Shown: in pieces, positions 29,458 through 43,209 of the stretch | How the letters are laid out: every line of letters starts with the position of its first letter | Position numbering within the stretch: position 1 is the stretch's first letter | Assembly (NCBI RefSeq): GCF_009914755.1 | Contig: NC_060930.1 | Source: the human T2T-CHM13v2.0 reference genome, Homo sapiens | Reading direction: 5' to 3' (one strand) | DNA: 64,000 nucleotides | Position numbers and translations under genes: made by a program | The notes under the pieces: generated by a model | The model's input: the letters and a program-made list of their open reading frames with translations, nothing else | What the model was told of the DNA's origin: nothing | The model's database searches: none

Positions 29458-30825
29458 GTACCTTTTCAATATTTTAAAACAAAGTGTTGAGGACATTTAG
29501 AAAAGTTAATGTTTAAAATCATAGAGCTAATAAACTGACTTAAGGACTTGTCCCAACTATTAAACTTTAGAAACTATTTGGATATGAGAATTAGAACTAA
29601 ATTAACTTGAATGTTAATTGATAACAAGGGAAAGGGAATTTATTTTTGCTTGTTAATATATTGTTCTATAGCTCACTCCTGATTAACAGTGAACAAATCA
29701 GTAAGCTCTTCACAGAGCCCGAAGAAGTGTTCTAGTATTTCTATTAGCATTCTGACAGTATACTATTGGGTAAAAGAGGAACATTAATGTGTAGAGGGTT
29801 TTTTTTTTTTCCTTCATGGATTGTTTTTTGTTGACTTTTGCCTCCATTACCTCAGTTATTTACTTCTGGATAAATTCCTACTTTGTTCAGTGTCCTCTCC
29901 ACCACACCACTCGTGCCACCAATACTACCTAGTAATAGTTTTTTAATTTGGGGAATAAATTTTCATGAAAAAATAATCAAATAACAAGGACTACAACTAG
30001 GAATCCCTATTTAGGAATCAATGTATGAAATATTTACTGAAGAAAGCCTGGAAAAACAGCAACTATGCCATTACCCTTCTAGAGCAAACTATTATTGTAA
30101 GAAAATAATAGCAAGATAAAAAGGGCAAACCCAGAAAAATAAGTCCCCAGTAGTCAGTCAAGATCCAGCATTTGTCTTAGTTGATTTCCTGAGGAAATGG
30201 ACTTGGAGATGAGGATTTTCATACCACAGGATTCCTGGGGCATGCACCAGAGAATGACACCCAGAAGGAAGGAAGCGAGAAAAGAAGGATTAAGCAGAAA
30301 GAAAGGATCATTATGGCTCTTTTCCAGGCTTCCTCATTCCCAATCTTTCTCTTTAGAGGCTCCTGACCTACCGACCAAACCATTTACCAGTGCATATAAA
30401 TCTGTGTAAGTATTTGCTCAGACATGGGGCAACCACATACACTGTACAAAGATTTTCACTTCACCAAGTTGGAGGACTCACTTGATCCCAGGAGTGGTAG
30501 TGTTAAATTTGAGACAGCTCTCAAGAGATGTCCTGAGTTGAGGGGGTTGGGACCTTGAACACCTGCACTGAGCAGTCCTTGGATGCAATGTGTTTGTAGG
30601 GGAAGGATAAGGCAGCTCTCCTTGGACCTAAGACAATTCCTGAGAGGGACTCTGATGCGTACAGTCAGCTGGCAAAGCCCCCAGTAGCTAGAGAACTCAG
30701 TGCCTTGGTTATGAAAGAGGACCTGGGTGACCGACAGCAACATTCAGTCCTGTCTTGTGTCACTTGCATCCACTTATGTAAAAGTTCAACACTTCTTGGA
30801 ATTGCTTCTCCAGGATTCACCTTAG

Positions 30826-31132
<307 letters not shown>

Positions 31133-31431
31133 TTTCCTGGAGATTTTTAAGAGGAAGTCTATTAGAATGAAATAGAATTCCTGCCGCTGCTACAGCTGAT
31201 CTCAGGGCCATAACTGGTGCACATTATCTCTGTCCTCTACTATCTATTCTAGATTCCCCTCACCCTTAACCAACAGTTCTGCTAATCGAACGTGACTTAC
31301 CTTGTCTCTAGGAGGTCTGAGATTCTCATCACTATGTCCTCTCCTCAGCGTGCATGCTGCACTGTCCACTTACCTTCAGAACTGATCAGGGGAGTACCCT
31401 GAAGTGCTCCTACCAACAAGCTGCTCCTGTA

Positions 31432-31509
31432 AACTTCTTCCTTCCTGCCCTCATTGTGCAGCAGCAGGTCTATCTCTTCCTGATTATCTGGGTCAAGTAT
31501 CCCTGCCAG
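31432..31509 (-). pseudogene. ERVL dUTPase remnant
   Basis: Manual translation LAGILDPDNQEEIDLLLHNEGRKEEVY resembles the dUTPase motif GVIDPDYQGEIGLLLHN. Confidence 0.75.
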
Positions 31510-31759
31510 GGTGGATCTTCCCCTCAGAGCATAATTGCAGGGACATGGGTGGGGAGCGCAAATTATCCAAGTATATCACTAACACTGATGGCAAGCAGGG
31601 CCGCTCCTAATTCCAACTCTTGGTTCCTGGACTCATATCATCTACCTACCGGGGACACAGTACCATCTCACCATCTCATGCGCTATCCCGGTAACTTGAG
31701 GGCATCATCTCATCTTAACTGTGTACTCAAATGGCTGTAATTCACCCTACCAGGCTTCT

Positions 31760-31875
31760 AATTGGTATGGTCTATAAGAGAACCTGTGGATCCCATGGTA
31801 TTATGACCATTGCTCCACCAACTTTTTGGTAAAGTGGGTTCCTTGGTTCAATGCAATGTTATGTGGGATCTCATG
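31760..31875 (-). pseudogene. ERVL integrase core remnant
   Basis: HEIPHNIALNQGTHFTKKLVEQWS*YHGIH matches the ERVL integrase SDQGTHFT region; contains a stop. Confidence 0.75.
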
Positions 31876-34042
31876 TGGGTGGAAGAAACACTTGATAAGC
31901 CTTTAAAGAATGATGCTGACAGAGGCCCTATTTAGAGTATATCTCAATCCCACTCAAGATGAAAACTCTCCCTTCCACCATGGGTCCAATATCATCAACA
32001 TGCCACCAAGTGGCTAGTTACCTCAATGGATGATGCCATATTAGGGGCTCCGTTACTGAACTGTGGAACTTTTGGCAATAGGATTAACTAGATCAGCCTT
32101 AATGAGTGGAAACCAGTGGCACCAGACCCATGCACAGCCTTCATCCCTATTACCCTGAAGTACTCTGATCATGCACTCAAGTACCTGTGTGTGGGTAGCC
32201 AATGAGAAATCCTGGCTAATATTAACTGGCTGGGTCTTTTTTTTCTACTTGTGGTGTAGTGGCTCTTCCGTACTGGATGATCTCTGGCAGGTCTTATATG
32301 GTACAAAGATTTTTAAACATCTTTCGCCTCTTCTATCGGTCCATGCATACACCTCTTTTCCAGACTTCCTTGACCCCAATCTTTCTCTTTTGAGGCTCCC
32401 GACCTACTGACCAAACCATTTACAACTGTGTATAAATCTGTGTATGTACCTTCCTCAGACCACTCCTCTTTATACACAATGTGGTGACCACACACACTGT
32501 ACAAAGCTTTTCACTTCACCATTGGCCTTCAGGGCCACATCTGAGTGGAGCTGTAGTGCAGAAGCAGTCTGTTATTTTTGGCTTGAACCCACATACTAGG
32601 TAAATCCATTTGTGAGTCTAGCATGGCCTTTTTTCTCCCCAGTCAGCTGGTGATCAGGGATGCTGCATGGGGCTGACAGGTATCAGCGGAGGGAAAGGTG
32701 CCATGCAATATTGGCGGATGGCAGTGGAGTCTGAGTTACCTGCTGGTGCAGCGGATTTGCATCCTCTTTTCCTGCTCACGCCTGATCTTAGATGTATCCC
32801 CTTCATGTTATGATGAACTGCATTGGGCCTGATTTTTTGATTTGGTGATCTAGAGGTCCAATGCAGTTCATCATAACATGGAAGGGATGAACTGCATTGG
32901 GCCTGATTTTTTGATTTGGTGATCTAGACGTCCACATTGTGGTTTCCTAAATGACCTTCCCAGAAAACTCCACGTCTTTCCACCCTACTTCCTCAGCACA
33001 GCTGTCTCTAAGACCATGGGATATGGTAAAGCTGCCTATATAATAGTTTAGACAACATGTAGAATGCTTTCTTGCTCCAGACTTCACCCAAGCTGAGGGA
33101 CTTCTGTGCTGCTTGGTAAATTAGTTGGCGAAGTAACCCAAGTGTGATATATGCTGCCTCCATGACTTGAAGAGGCATACCGTGTATTGTCTTTTCCTCT
33201 TGGTGGTGACAGATGTATAGTCACATAGGAAATATACCACATCTGGTCAGCTACAAATAGACAAATTGTTTGAGTCTACTATCATCTTCCAAGATTGGAT
33301 TTTTTTAAAGGACCAGACCAGTTAATTAAATGTGGATATGATGAAGATAACTTCTGAATCTTTTAGCTCACTAACATTGGTAATGGTCTCTGCCAGTTCT
33401 CTCATTATGTTATATGGCTTTTTATTTACTATCTTGACTTGGTTGGGCAAAGGGGTCAGTTTCAGAGGCTTCAGCCTGGCCTTCCCCAGTAGGGTGGCTT
33501 TTGTCCCATTGTCCAAGAAATCAAGGCGATAGTCTTACCAATTCCCAAATATTTTCATGCTTACTATAAATTTAGAAACTGGGAAAACTAACACTGGATG
33601 TGTCTGTGGACCCAGTTAACTCCCTATGACCTGAACGTGGCCCAAGACTCCACTTATTCCCTAACCCTTAGAATCCACCATTTCTCAAAGTCTTTGGGTA
33701 TTTCCCTTTCCCCGGTATACACAGTTACCTGAGTATATGGCCATAGGTACCTTTGGGGAAGATCTAGAGAAACTGGTACTTTATTTACCAGCTGAGATTT
33801 TGCAGGGTTCCTCCTCTCTGGTCACCTGACCTCTCTTGTAGACCATGAGCTCTGGACTTAAAACTTGGCTAAGTTACAGAAACTGGGCAAGGGATTTTGG
33901 CTTTTTATTGAAGTGGCTGCCCTCAGTCTTCTGAACATCCATCCTCTTTTTTTGTTGTTGTTATTGTATATATCAAGCAATGCTCTTGTTGACTCACCAT
34001 CTATTTTGCCCTCAGAAAGACTATGTCTTACTATCTCCATAG

Positions 34043-34430
34043 TTTTTTTTTTAATGTATTATATTTTAAGTTCTGGGATACATGTGCAGTACGTGCAGGT
34101 TTGTTACATGGGTATACATGTGCCATGGTGGTTTGCTGCACCCATCAACCCATCATCTACATTAGGTATTTCTTCTAATGCTATCCCTTCCCTAACCCCC
34201 CACCCGCCCCCAACAGGCCCCAGTGTGTGATGTTCCCCTCCCTGTGTCCATGTGTTCTCGTTGTTCAACTCCCACCTATGAGTGAGAACATGTGGTGTTT
34301 GGCTTTCTGTTCTTGTGTTAGTTTGCTGAGAATGATGGTTTCCAGCTTCATCCATGTTCCTGCAAAGGACATGAACTCAACCTTTTTTATGGCTGCATAG
34401 TATTCCATGGTGTATATGTGCCACATTTTC
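34043..34430 (-). mobile_element. L1PA7-like 5'-truncated 3' end
   Basis: Poly-T then TTAAGTTCTGGGATACATGTGCAG…GCACCCATCAACCC; TSD TCTCCATAG. Confidence 0.92.
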
Positions 34431-34843
34431 TCCATAGCTTTCTTAATATCTCCATAGCTTTCTTCAGGTCATGTCCCCATGGCTGCTGCTACACCCCTCT
34501 ACTCATTACAATAATTGTAGCCACGCATTTACCATAGTTAAGCACTGTGACCTGACTCTTATTTCAGGTTTTTACCATCTGCAATGCTCTCAACTGAACC
34601 CACTTTTGTTAACACCACCTATTCTATCAGTCATATCAACAGCCATCACCAGGCTTCTCAATAATGCCGATGCTTCTCTTAGCAGTTCATTCCTTCTCAC
34701 TTTACCAAATGGAGTATACTGGTCTCATGTAGCACATGCACTCAGGACTGTCCACTTCTGTGTGCCCTTTGATCTCTTCTACCTCCCGCCACAGCAGTAC
34801 TGGAATTTTAATTTTATTTCTTGTAGGCCATTACTTTCTCTAA

Positions 34844-35316
34844 GCTGCTATAATGACACATGCACACGTATGTTTATTGTGGCACTATTCACAATAGCAA
34901 AGACTTGGAACCAACCCAGTGATAGACTGGATTAAGCAAATGTGGCACATATACACCATGGAATACTACGCAGCCATAAAAAAGGATGAGTTCATGACCT
35001 TTGTAGGGACATGGATGAAGCTGGAAACCATCATTCTCAGCAAACTATTGTAAGGACAGAAAACCAAACACCGCATGTTCTCACTCATAGGTGGGAACTG
35101 AACAATGAGAACACTTGGACACAGGGTGGGGAACATCACACACCGGGGCCTGTCCTGGGGTGGGGGAGGGGGGAAGGGTAGCATTAGGAGATATACCTAA
35201 TGTAAATGATGAGTTAACAGGTGCAGCACACCAACATGGCACATGTGTACATATGTAACAAACCTGCACATTGTGCACATGTACCCTAGAACTTAAAGTA
35301 AAATTAAAAAAAAAAG
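34844..35316 (+). mobile_element. L1PA4/5-like 5'-truncated 3' end
   Basis: GACACATGCACACGTATGTTTATTG…ACACTTGGACACAGGGTGGGG…GTACCCTAGAACTTAAAG + poly-A. Confidence 0.92.
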
Positions 35317-36267
35317 CCATTCTAGTATCATGTTAGCATTGTCTCCTGGGACCCCTGCATGGATGTTAATCCTGTCTCAAGGAAACTGTTCACTTTGATC
35401 AAGTTTTCTCAGAATACAATTCCACATGCATTCTCCTGGCTCCTGCTGATCAATATGCTAGCTCCATCTGGAAGTTTCTTCAGAGTATGGCTTCTTAGCA
35501 GATCAGTACTTCCTCAGTCAAGTAGTGTTTGATGTAAACTAAGTTAATAGTCTGGTGGCCAAGAGGAGCCATGGAAGTAGATCCTGAGTGGGGCAGGAGG
35601 GTACATTTTGTCCTTAAAGGCAAAAGCCTCTGCATCATCTTCAAGCAAAGAGAAAGGGGTATTAGTCTTTAAAAATGAAGTGGATCACTTCTGCAGGCCC
35701 AGAGGAGTAAGTACCTAGAGACTCAAGAGTTTTGAATGCATTGAAACATATATTCCCATCCCAAGTCTCAGGTCACCAAATCTTCCTAGTCAACACCCTC
35801 CTCTTGACATGGATGGCTTCTTGGGAATTAGAATGCAGCATTCTCTAGAGCATAGGTACCCTCATAATTGTGTCCTGGGTCTAATCTTTAGCTTTTCCTG
35901 CCCTTTGGCTAAAAGATGAGAGCCTCATTATATAATGCCAAGATATCCTCTGGCTTTCACTCTGCTTTAAATTGGTTAATCTCCCTCATCCTAACTTCAA
36001 TGCATTGATAGCCCTCAGTAACAATCATCTGATCTTATAATTCTGCATCCCTGGAACCTCTCAAATGCCCAGGATATTTCACATGCCCATGCATGTCTTA
36101 CACTAATATCCCACTGCAGTTAACCACTGGGAAAAGTGTGTCTAATACACCACAACCTTCCGGGGGTTACTACTTGTTTATCTAGTGGGAATAGTATGGT
36201 CCTTGCTAGCAGGCTGGCAGATGATCCAGCTCCAAAATCTTTTTGATAGCTTATTCCCTATGACTAG

Positions 36268-36279
36268 TCCTGACACTAA
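36268..36279 (-). other. tRNA-Leu-like primer binding site of the ERVL
   Basis: Minus strand TAGTGTCAGGA immediately after the 5' LTR, 10/11 match to TGGTGTCAGGA. Confidence 0.55.
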
Positions 36280-37122
36280 GTATGTTCTGTGGATTTCCTA
36301 GGAAACAAATGCTGAGATGGAGATTTGCATTCAGACAGTTTATTGGGGCATGCTTTCAGAAACACCTGTTAACAGAGGGAGGGGAACAGGATTTCACAGA
36401 GGGAGGAGTGGCACTCAGGTACAGTTGCACAAGAGGTCCCAGATAATCTCACAGAAAGCTTGGAGGCTGGGATAGTCCTACAGAGATACCCTTAATAGGG
36501 CAAAGGAGATCAGAATTATATCCCCACATTGTCCAGTGATTGAATGTGGCCTACATCATGAGGGTATAATATGAGGCAAAACTGCTTTTTTTAGGGCAAT
36601 TCCTGGGCTGAGAGTCATCTGTACCATTCTTCAGTGACTGGGGAAATGAGTGCTCGAGGAGTGAATTTAGGCAGTGCAGCAAAGCATCTACTTTGGCATA
36701 AAAGCAACAAGTGACATTCTGCCATAAAGACAACCAGTTAATCCGTGCTAACTGTGCCTCTGACTGATGACTATAGCCCAACAGAACTTTTACACCCAAA
36801 CTGTGTATGAGATCCTCATTATGCAACCACTCAGGCAGAGCTTCCTTGACCTTTACCTTTCTAATGAATAAAGTTATCAATAACTTGCCAAAGCAGGGAA
36901 TATATTCTTCTATAGCAAGAATCTTCCACAAGAATTGGAATCAGAATGTCATAAATCACCTGCAAATAATGGTTGTGAACACATCTTTATATACACTAAC
37001 TACTTGGTATCTTGCAGTCCTAGTTAACATTCATGCTTCTTCTGATCTGGGAGAAATAGTAAATTCCAGGGGGTTCTAGTACAGCTGGAAGCCTTTAGCA
37101 AGACCAATGTTCCACATAATTG

Positions 37123-37509
37123 CAGTCATGTATCACTGAACTACAGAAACACATTCTGAGAAATGTATCATTAGGCAATTTTGTTGTTGTGCAAACATCA
37201 TAAAGTATATTTACACACACCTAGATGGTATAACCTGCTACACACCTAGGCTATATGGGATAGCCTATTGTTCCTAGGATACAAACCTGTATAACATGTT
37301 ACTATATTGAACACAGGAAGCACTTTTAATTTACTAGTAAGTATTTATGTATCTAAACATATCTATACACAGAAAATGTAATGTGTCAACTGCAACATTA
37401 CAATGTCACTAGGTGATAGGAATTTTTTGGCTCCCTTATAATTTTATGAGACCACTGTGGTGTATGTGGTACATCATTGACCAAAATGTCATTATATGGT
37501 ACATGACTA
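37123..37509 (+). mobile_element. Tigger3-family MITE (MER7/Golem derivative)
   Basis: TIRs CAGTCATG…CATGACTA; TTCTGAGAAATGTATCATTAGGC, ACACACCTAGGCTATATGG. Confidence 0.88.
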
Positions 37510-38256
37510 TAAATGTAGATTGAGGAGAGTTCTGCCTGAAAATCAGAGTGAAACAGCATAGCATATGGCCCAAGTATCAAATTTAAAAGGATATTTGTAG
37601 AAAGAAATGTGTCTATCTGGAGGCAGTTGGCCATAAAGCCCATGAAAAGAAAATTCTGGAAGAAGTTCAAGGTTAAAATGTATGCTGCATAGACGATCCA
37701 GAGTATTAATCATAAAAATCTCTCTTCCTCTTCTATCACCTTTTACCCTTCCTTTGCAAACCTATGTAAGCTTCATATGTCTATGCTGTGAGTTTGAACT
37801 TTGAAATTTGGAATGAGTACTTCATAATGAAAAGGAAAGAAGAGCCAAGTTTTCAACTTAACATTGAGTACGTGCTTACTTGCAATGTAAAATAACTGAT
37901 AACAGAAGATGGAGGAGTGGAGAGAAAAATAAAAGGATCCAACTTCGATTTAATGCAGATATTTTCACTCATGTAAAGATGTGCTTAACTCACATATGAC
38001 CATTCTTTGATTTAAAAACAAACAAAATAAAACAAAAACGTTCAAACTTTCAGTGGAAGCTCTCAAACAAATGGGTTTTCCTTATTCACTACAAGCAGAG
38101 TTGGCCCTCTTATACAATGTAAAGTGAAAGGCCATTCTCTTCCCACCCATACTTGAAGAATGGATCTAGGCAACACAGCATAGCATCTACTATGGCATAA
38201 AAGCAACAAGCAAGATCCTGCAATAAAGACAGCAAATGAATTCCCTACTTTCTTAC

Positions 38257-39495
38257 TGTGATATCATAAGAACTTAATATTTGGTCATTTGTTCTTGTTT
38301 CCTGGAACACAGCTTCTAAAACTCTTGGAATCGCCAAAGTGATAAGAGTGTCTGTTGTATGCTAATGAGATGACTGGTAGGTGGGGGCCCCTGGATAGTT
38401 TCAGAATGGGGGCTGGTTACCAGAAAGACCAAAGCATTATTAGAAGGTGGTAACTTTCAGTCCCCCAACTCACCTTCACAGTGGGGAGAGGGGCTGGATA
38501 TTGACTTAATCACCAATGGCCTGTGATTTAATCAATCTTGTCTATGCAATAGAATCTCCATAAAACGCCCTAAATGACAGGCTTCTGAGAGCTTCTAGGT
38601 TGATGAATACATCAAGGTGCTAGAAAGAATCTGTGTACAGTTGCTATAAAGAAGGGCATGGGGTTGGGTAATATATGAAGAAAAAGGTTTATTTGGCTCA
38701 TGGTTCTGTGCACTGTACAAGAAGCATAGCATCAGCATCTGCTTGGCTTCTGGTGAGAGCCTCAGGCTGCTTCCACTCATGGTGGAAGGTGAAGGGGAGC
38801 CTGCATGTGCAGGGATCACATGGTGAGAGAGGAAGCAAGAGAAAGAGGGAACAAGTGCTAGGCTGTTTATAAGAACTAGATCTCTTGGGAACTAATAGAG
38901 AACTGACTCACTCCCAGAGGAATCATGAGGGCATTAATCTACTCATGAAGTTCTCACCCCATGACTCAAACACCTCTTGCTAGTCTCTACTTTCCAACAC
39001 CACCACAATGCAGATGACATTTCAACATGAGATTTGGTGGGGACAAGCCACAGCAGAGGGCATGGAAGCTCTGTACAATCTCCACTCCCATACCTATGGA
39101 GCTCTTCCATTTGGCTGTTCCTGAGTTGTATTCTTTATAATAAACCAGTAATAAGTAAAGCATTTTCCTCAGTTCTGTGAGTCAACATAGTAAATTATTA
39201 AATTATTAAACATGAGCAGGGGTTGTGTGAACTTCCTGAATATAAAGCCCGTTAGTCAGAAATACTGGTGATAACCCTGAATTTATGACTGGTATTTGAA
39301 GTAAGGGCAGTCTTGTGGGACTGAGCCCTTAATTTTTGGGATCTGATACTGACTCCAGGTAGACAGTGCCAGAATTGAACTGAATTATGACACACCTAGC
39401 TGATGTCAGAGAATTGGAGAAATGTTGTTGGAAAAGTCACCATGCATTTAATGTCAGAAGTATTGTGAGTAAAAACAGTTCCTTTTTACTCTCAG
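38257..39495 (+). mobile_element. MER21-type LTR with nested MST
   Basis: TGTGATATCATAAG…TATGCTAATGAGATGAC…CCAGAAAGACCAA…GGGCAGTCTTGTGGGACTGAGCCCTTAA. Confidence 0.85.
38628..39055 (-). mobile_element. MSTB2/MSTD-type LTR nested in MER21
   Basis: GGTTTATTTGGCTCATGGTTCTG…CATGGTGGAAGGTGAAGGGGAGC…TTTCAACATGAGATTTGG. Confidence 0.85.
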
Positions 39496-39807
39496 AAGAT
39501 GATGTCAAGTTTATACAGTAATAACCAAAAAAAAGGTGGTAGACTGGAATTTCCTCAATTTCTTGTCATGAAACCTCTTTCCCACATGTTATATAAAGCT
39601 GTTCCTTCAGCTATAAAATGCCAATCTTTCAGCCTGTGACCCATAACTCATCTCCCTCAAAATTTTCCTAAATTTGGTATGTGCTATTAGTTATGTATTT
39701 TCTTTCCTGTTCTTTTGTCCTCTTCCCCCCACTCTCTCTCTCTTTCTCTCCTGCTCCGCTAGAACTTTTTAATCAGCAAATTAACATGATATCCTCTCTA
39801 AGCTCAC

Positions 39808-39811
<4 letters not shown>

Positions 39812-39847
<36 letters not shown>
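39812..39847. repeat. (AC)n microsatellite
   Basis: About 18 AC units. Confidence 0.95.
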
Positions 39848-39850
<3 letters not shown>

Positions 39851-42800
39851 CTCTCTCTATCACTTCACTTTCTCTTTCTTCCTCTTTCAGATATCAACTC
39901 TTCAGTTTCAAACTATAGAAAATCAAAGATAAAATAGCCTAAAATAAGCTGGGAGGAAAAATATCTTGCCTGTAAAAAATAAGAATTACATTTGATTATC
40001 CTAATAAATCATGAAAGCAAGGAGGGAGTAGACTAAAATATTTAACGTTGAGAGAAAAAAGCTACCAACACAAAATTCTGTACTCCGTGAAATTACCCTT
40101 AATAAACAAAAATTGGGAAAATTTGTTCCCAGTAGACCTGCCTTGCAAGGAATAATTTTAAAAGTTTGCTAAAGAAAAATAAAATAATATAGGTCAGCAA
40201 CTACAATATACATGAAGGAAAAGAGAAGAGAAGGAATAAAGAAAACAAAAACTTAAGTTTTGATTCTTAACTGATCTAAAAGATATTAGTTTGTTCTAAA
40301 TGATAATGTCAACATAATATTGATTATATATGTTTACACATACATAAATATATATGCTTACATATAAGTGAAAAGAATGAAAGCAATAATATAAGGGATA
40401 GGAGAGAGGAAGTAGAAATGTTTAGTTATGACAGAGTATTTGCATTACATGTACAGAGGTATAACACTATTTGAGTGTAGACTTGGATTCATCGTAAATG
40501 TGTATTGCAAACTATAGAGCAAACATTAGAGTCAAAAAAAGAAATGAAACTGACATGCCAAGAAAGGAGATAAAACAGAATTATATAAAATGCTCAATTA
40601 AAATCTCAAAAGGCAGAAAAGAGTGGAACACAACAATAGGAACCAAGAACAAAGGCAACAAATAGAAAATGTGGTGGATATTTATCCAATTATATCAATG
40701 ATCATTTTGAACATCAAAGGTCAAAATGATAACTTAAAAGACAGAGAGTGTCAGAGTGGATCAAAAAATAAGACGAAGCCTATGTTGTCTGCAACCACTT
40801 TAAATATAAAGGCATATATAGATTAAAAGTAAATTAATGAAAAAAATGCACCATGCTAATACCAATCAAAAAAAGCAGGAGTAGTTACATTAATTTAATA
40901 CAGAGCAGACTTTAAAATGAGAAATATGAGGGATTAATAATGGCATTACACAATGATAAATGATAATGGCATTACACAATGACATTACGCAAAAGATTGT
41001 TATGTCTTCTGTTATGTCAGAAGACATAACAATCCTTAACATGTATGCACCTGACAACAGAGCATCAAACTAAATGAGCAAAAACTTATAAACTTCAAGG
41101 AGAACAGCAGTGAAAATCATTAAAGACATAATTGAACATTATTAATCAACTGGATTTAATTGATATCTACAGACTACATCATCCAACAACAGCAGAAACA
41201 CACACACACATTTTTTTTCAAGCTCTTACGGACAACACTCCTGGGAGACAACATCCTGGGTCATAAAAGAACACCTGAACAAATTTTCAAAAATAATGTA
41301 CAAACAATATCTGCCCTCAGAACACAATGAAAATAAACTAAAAATCAGTAACATACATGTAACTGGAATTCCCAAAATACAGAGAGACTGGACAACACTC
41401 TCGTAAATAACACATGGGCCAAATAAGAAACTTCAAGAGAAAATTTAAAATATAAAGTAAATGAAAATGAAAATATAACTTATTGCTGTTTAGGGGATGT
41501 GGTAAAAGCAGTGCTTTGAGGAAAATTTAGAATATTAAATGAATATGTTAGAAAAGAAGAAAGATCAGATATCAATAATGTATGTTTCTACCTTAAAGAA
41601 CTAGAAAAAGAAAAGCAAATTAAATCCTAGTAAGAAAAAGAAAAGAAATAATAAAAATTGGAGCAGAAATTATTAAAATTAAAATTAGGAAATCAATAAG
41701 AAAAACAAGTGGAATCAAAAGCTATTTCTTAGAAAAATTCAATACAATTAATAAAACTCTATTCTGGCTAACTAAGGAAAACCAGAGAGGACACAAGTTA
41801 TTAGTATCAGAAATGCAACACAGAACATCACTACAGATCCCATGGACATTAAAAGAATAATCAAAGAGGATTATAAACAACTTTGTTCCCACAAAGTTGA
41901 TAACGCAGATGAAATGGGCCAATTCCTTGAAAGATGCAATCAGCCAAAATTCACAAAATAATTTAAATATTGTCTAAATAGGCCTATAGCTAGTAAATAA
42001 ATGGAATCAACAATTAACCTTCCAAAGCAGAAAGTTCCAGGCCAATGAGTTACTGATTAATTGTATCAAACAATTGAAGAATAAAGTATATGATTCTCCA
42101 CAGTCTCTTCCAGACGGTAGAAGCAGAGAGAATACATCCAAACTCATTCTATGAGAACAGCATTACCCTAGTGCCAAAACCAGGCAAAGTCATCACAAGA
42201 AAAGAAAACTATAAACCAATATATCTCGTAAAAATGGATACAAAAATCCTCAACCAAATATTAGCAAAAGGAATCCAACAATGTATAAAAACAATTATAC
42301 ACAGTGACCCAGTGGGATTTATCACAGGTATGCAAGGCTGGTTCAACATTCAAAAATCAATTAATGTAATCCATCATATCAACAGGCTAAAAAGGAAAAA
42401 ATCCACATGATCAAGTCAATAGATGCAGAAAAAAATTGACAAAATCCAAAGCAATTATGAAAAAAACTCTCAGTAAACTAGGAATAGAGGGAAACTTCCT
42501 CAAATTGATGCACATTATCTACAAAAAAAAATGTAGATAACATCATATTTAATGGAAGGCAACTAGAAACTTACTCTCTAAGATCTATGACAAGGATTAT
42601 AACTGCTTTTATTACTCTTAAACATTGCACTTGAAACCCTAGCTAACAAAATAGGGCAAGAAAAGTAAATAAATGTATATGGATTGGGAAGGACGAATAA
42701 AGAATAAAATAAAGAATAAAACTATTTTTGTTTAAAAATGACGTGATTACCTTTACAGAAAATTGGAAGAAACAGATTTAAAATTTCCTGGAAATAATAA

Positions 42801-42879
42801 ACAATTATAACAAGGTTTCAGGGTACAAGATTAATATACAAATGTCAACCTCTTACCTGTACATCAGTAATGAACAAGT

Positions 42880-43209
42880 TGTCTTAGTCTGTTTTGTGTT
42901 GCTCTAACGGAATACTCTTAGCTTCTGGTAAGGGCTTCATGCTGCATCTTAACATAGTGGAGAACTGGAAAGAAAAGCAGGCATGCCAAAGGTGTAAAAC
43001 ACAAAGTGCAACCTTGCTTTATAACAACTGGCTCTTGGGAAAACTAACCCAGTCTCAAGAGAACCAACCCAGTCTTGCAAGAAAGACATTAATCCACTTT
43101 ATTGACATAATTATTTCTTAAAGGCCTCACCACCTCTCAATACCATTACAATGGCAATGAAATTTCAACATTAGTTTTGGTGGGGACAAACCCCATCCAA
43201 ATCATAGCA
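42880..43209 (-). mobile_element. MSTC/MSTD-like LTR, internally deleted, inside L1
   Basis: TGTCTTAGTCTGTTTTGTGTTGCT…TTTTGGTGGGGACAAACCCCATCCAAATCATAGCA. Confidence 0.8.

Noticed and set aside
34043-35316. Single twin-primed (5'-inverted) L1
   Set aside because: Both fragments contain the same 3' end with separate poly-A tails and different subfamily diagnostics
42090-42410. 106-aa ORF with reverse-transcriptase similarity
   Set aside because: Short open stretch of a decayed L1 ORF2 surrounded by stops and frameshifts
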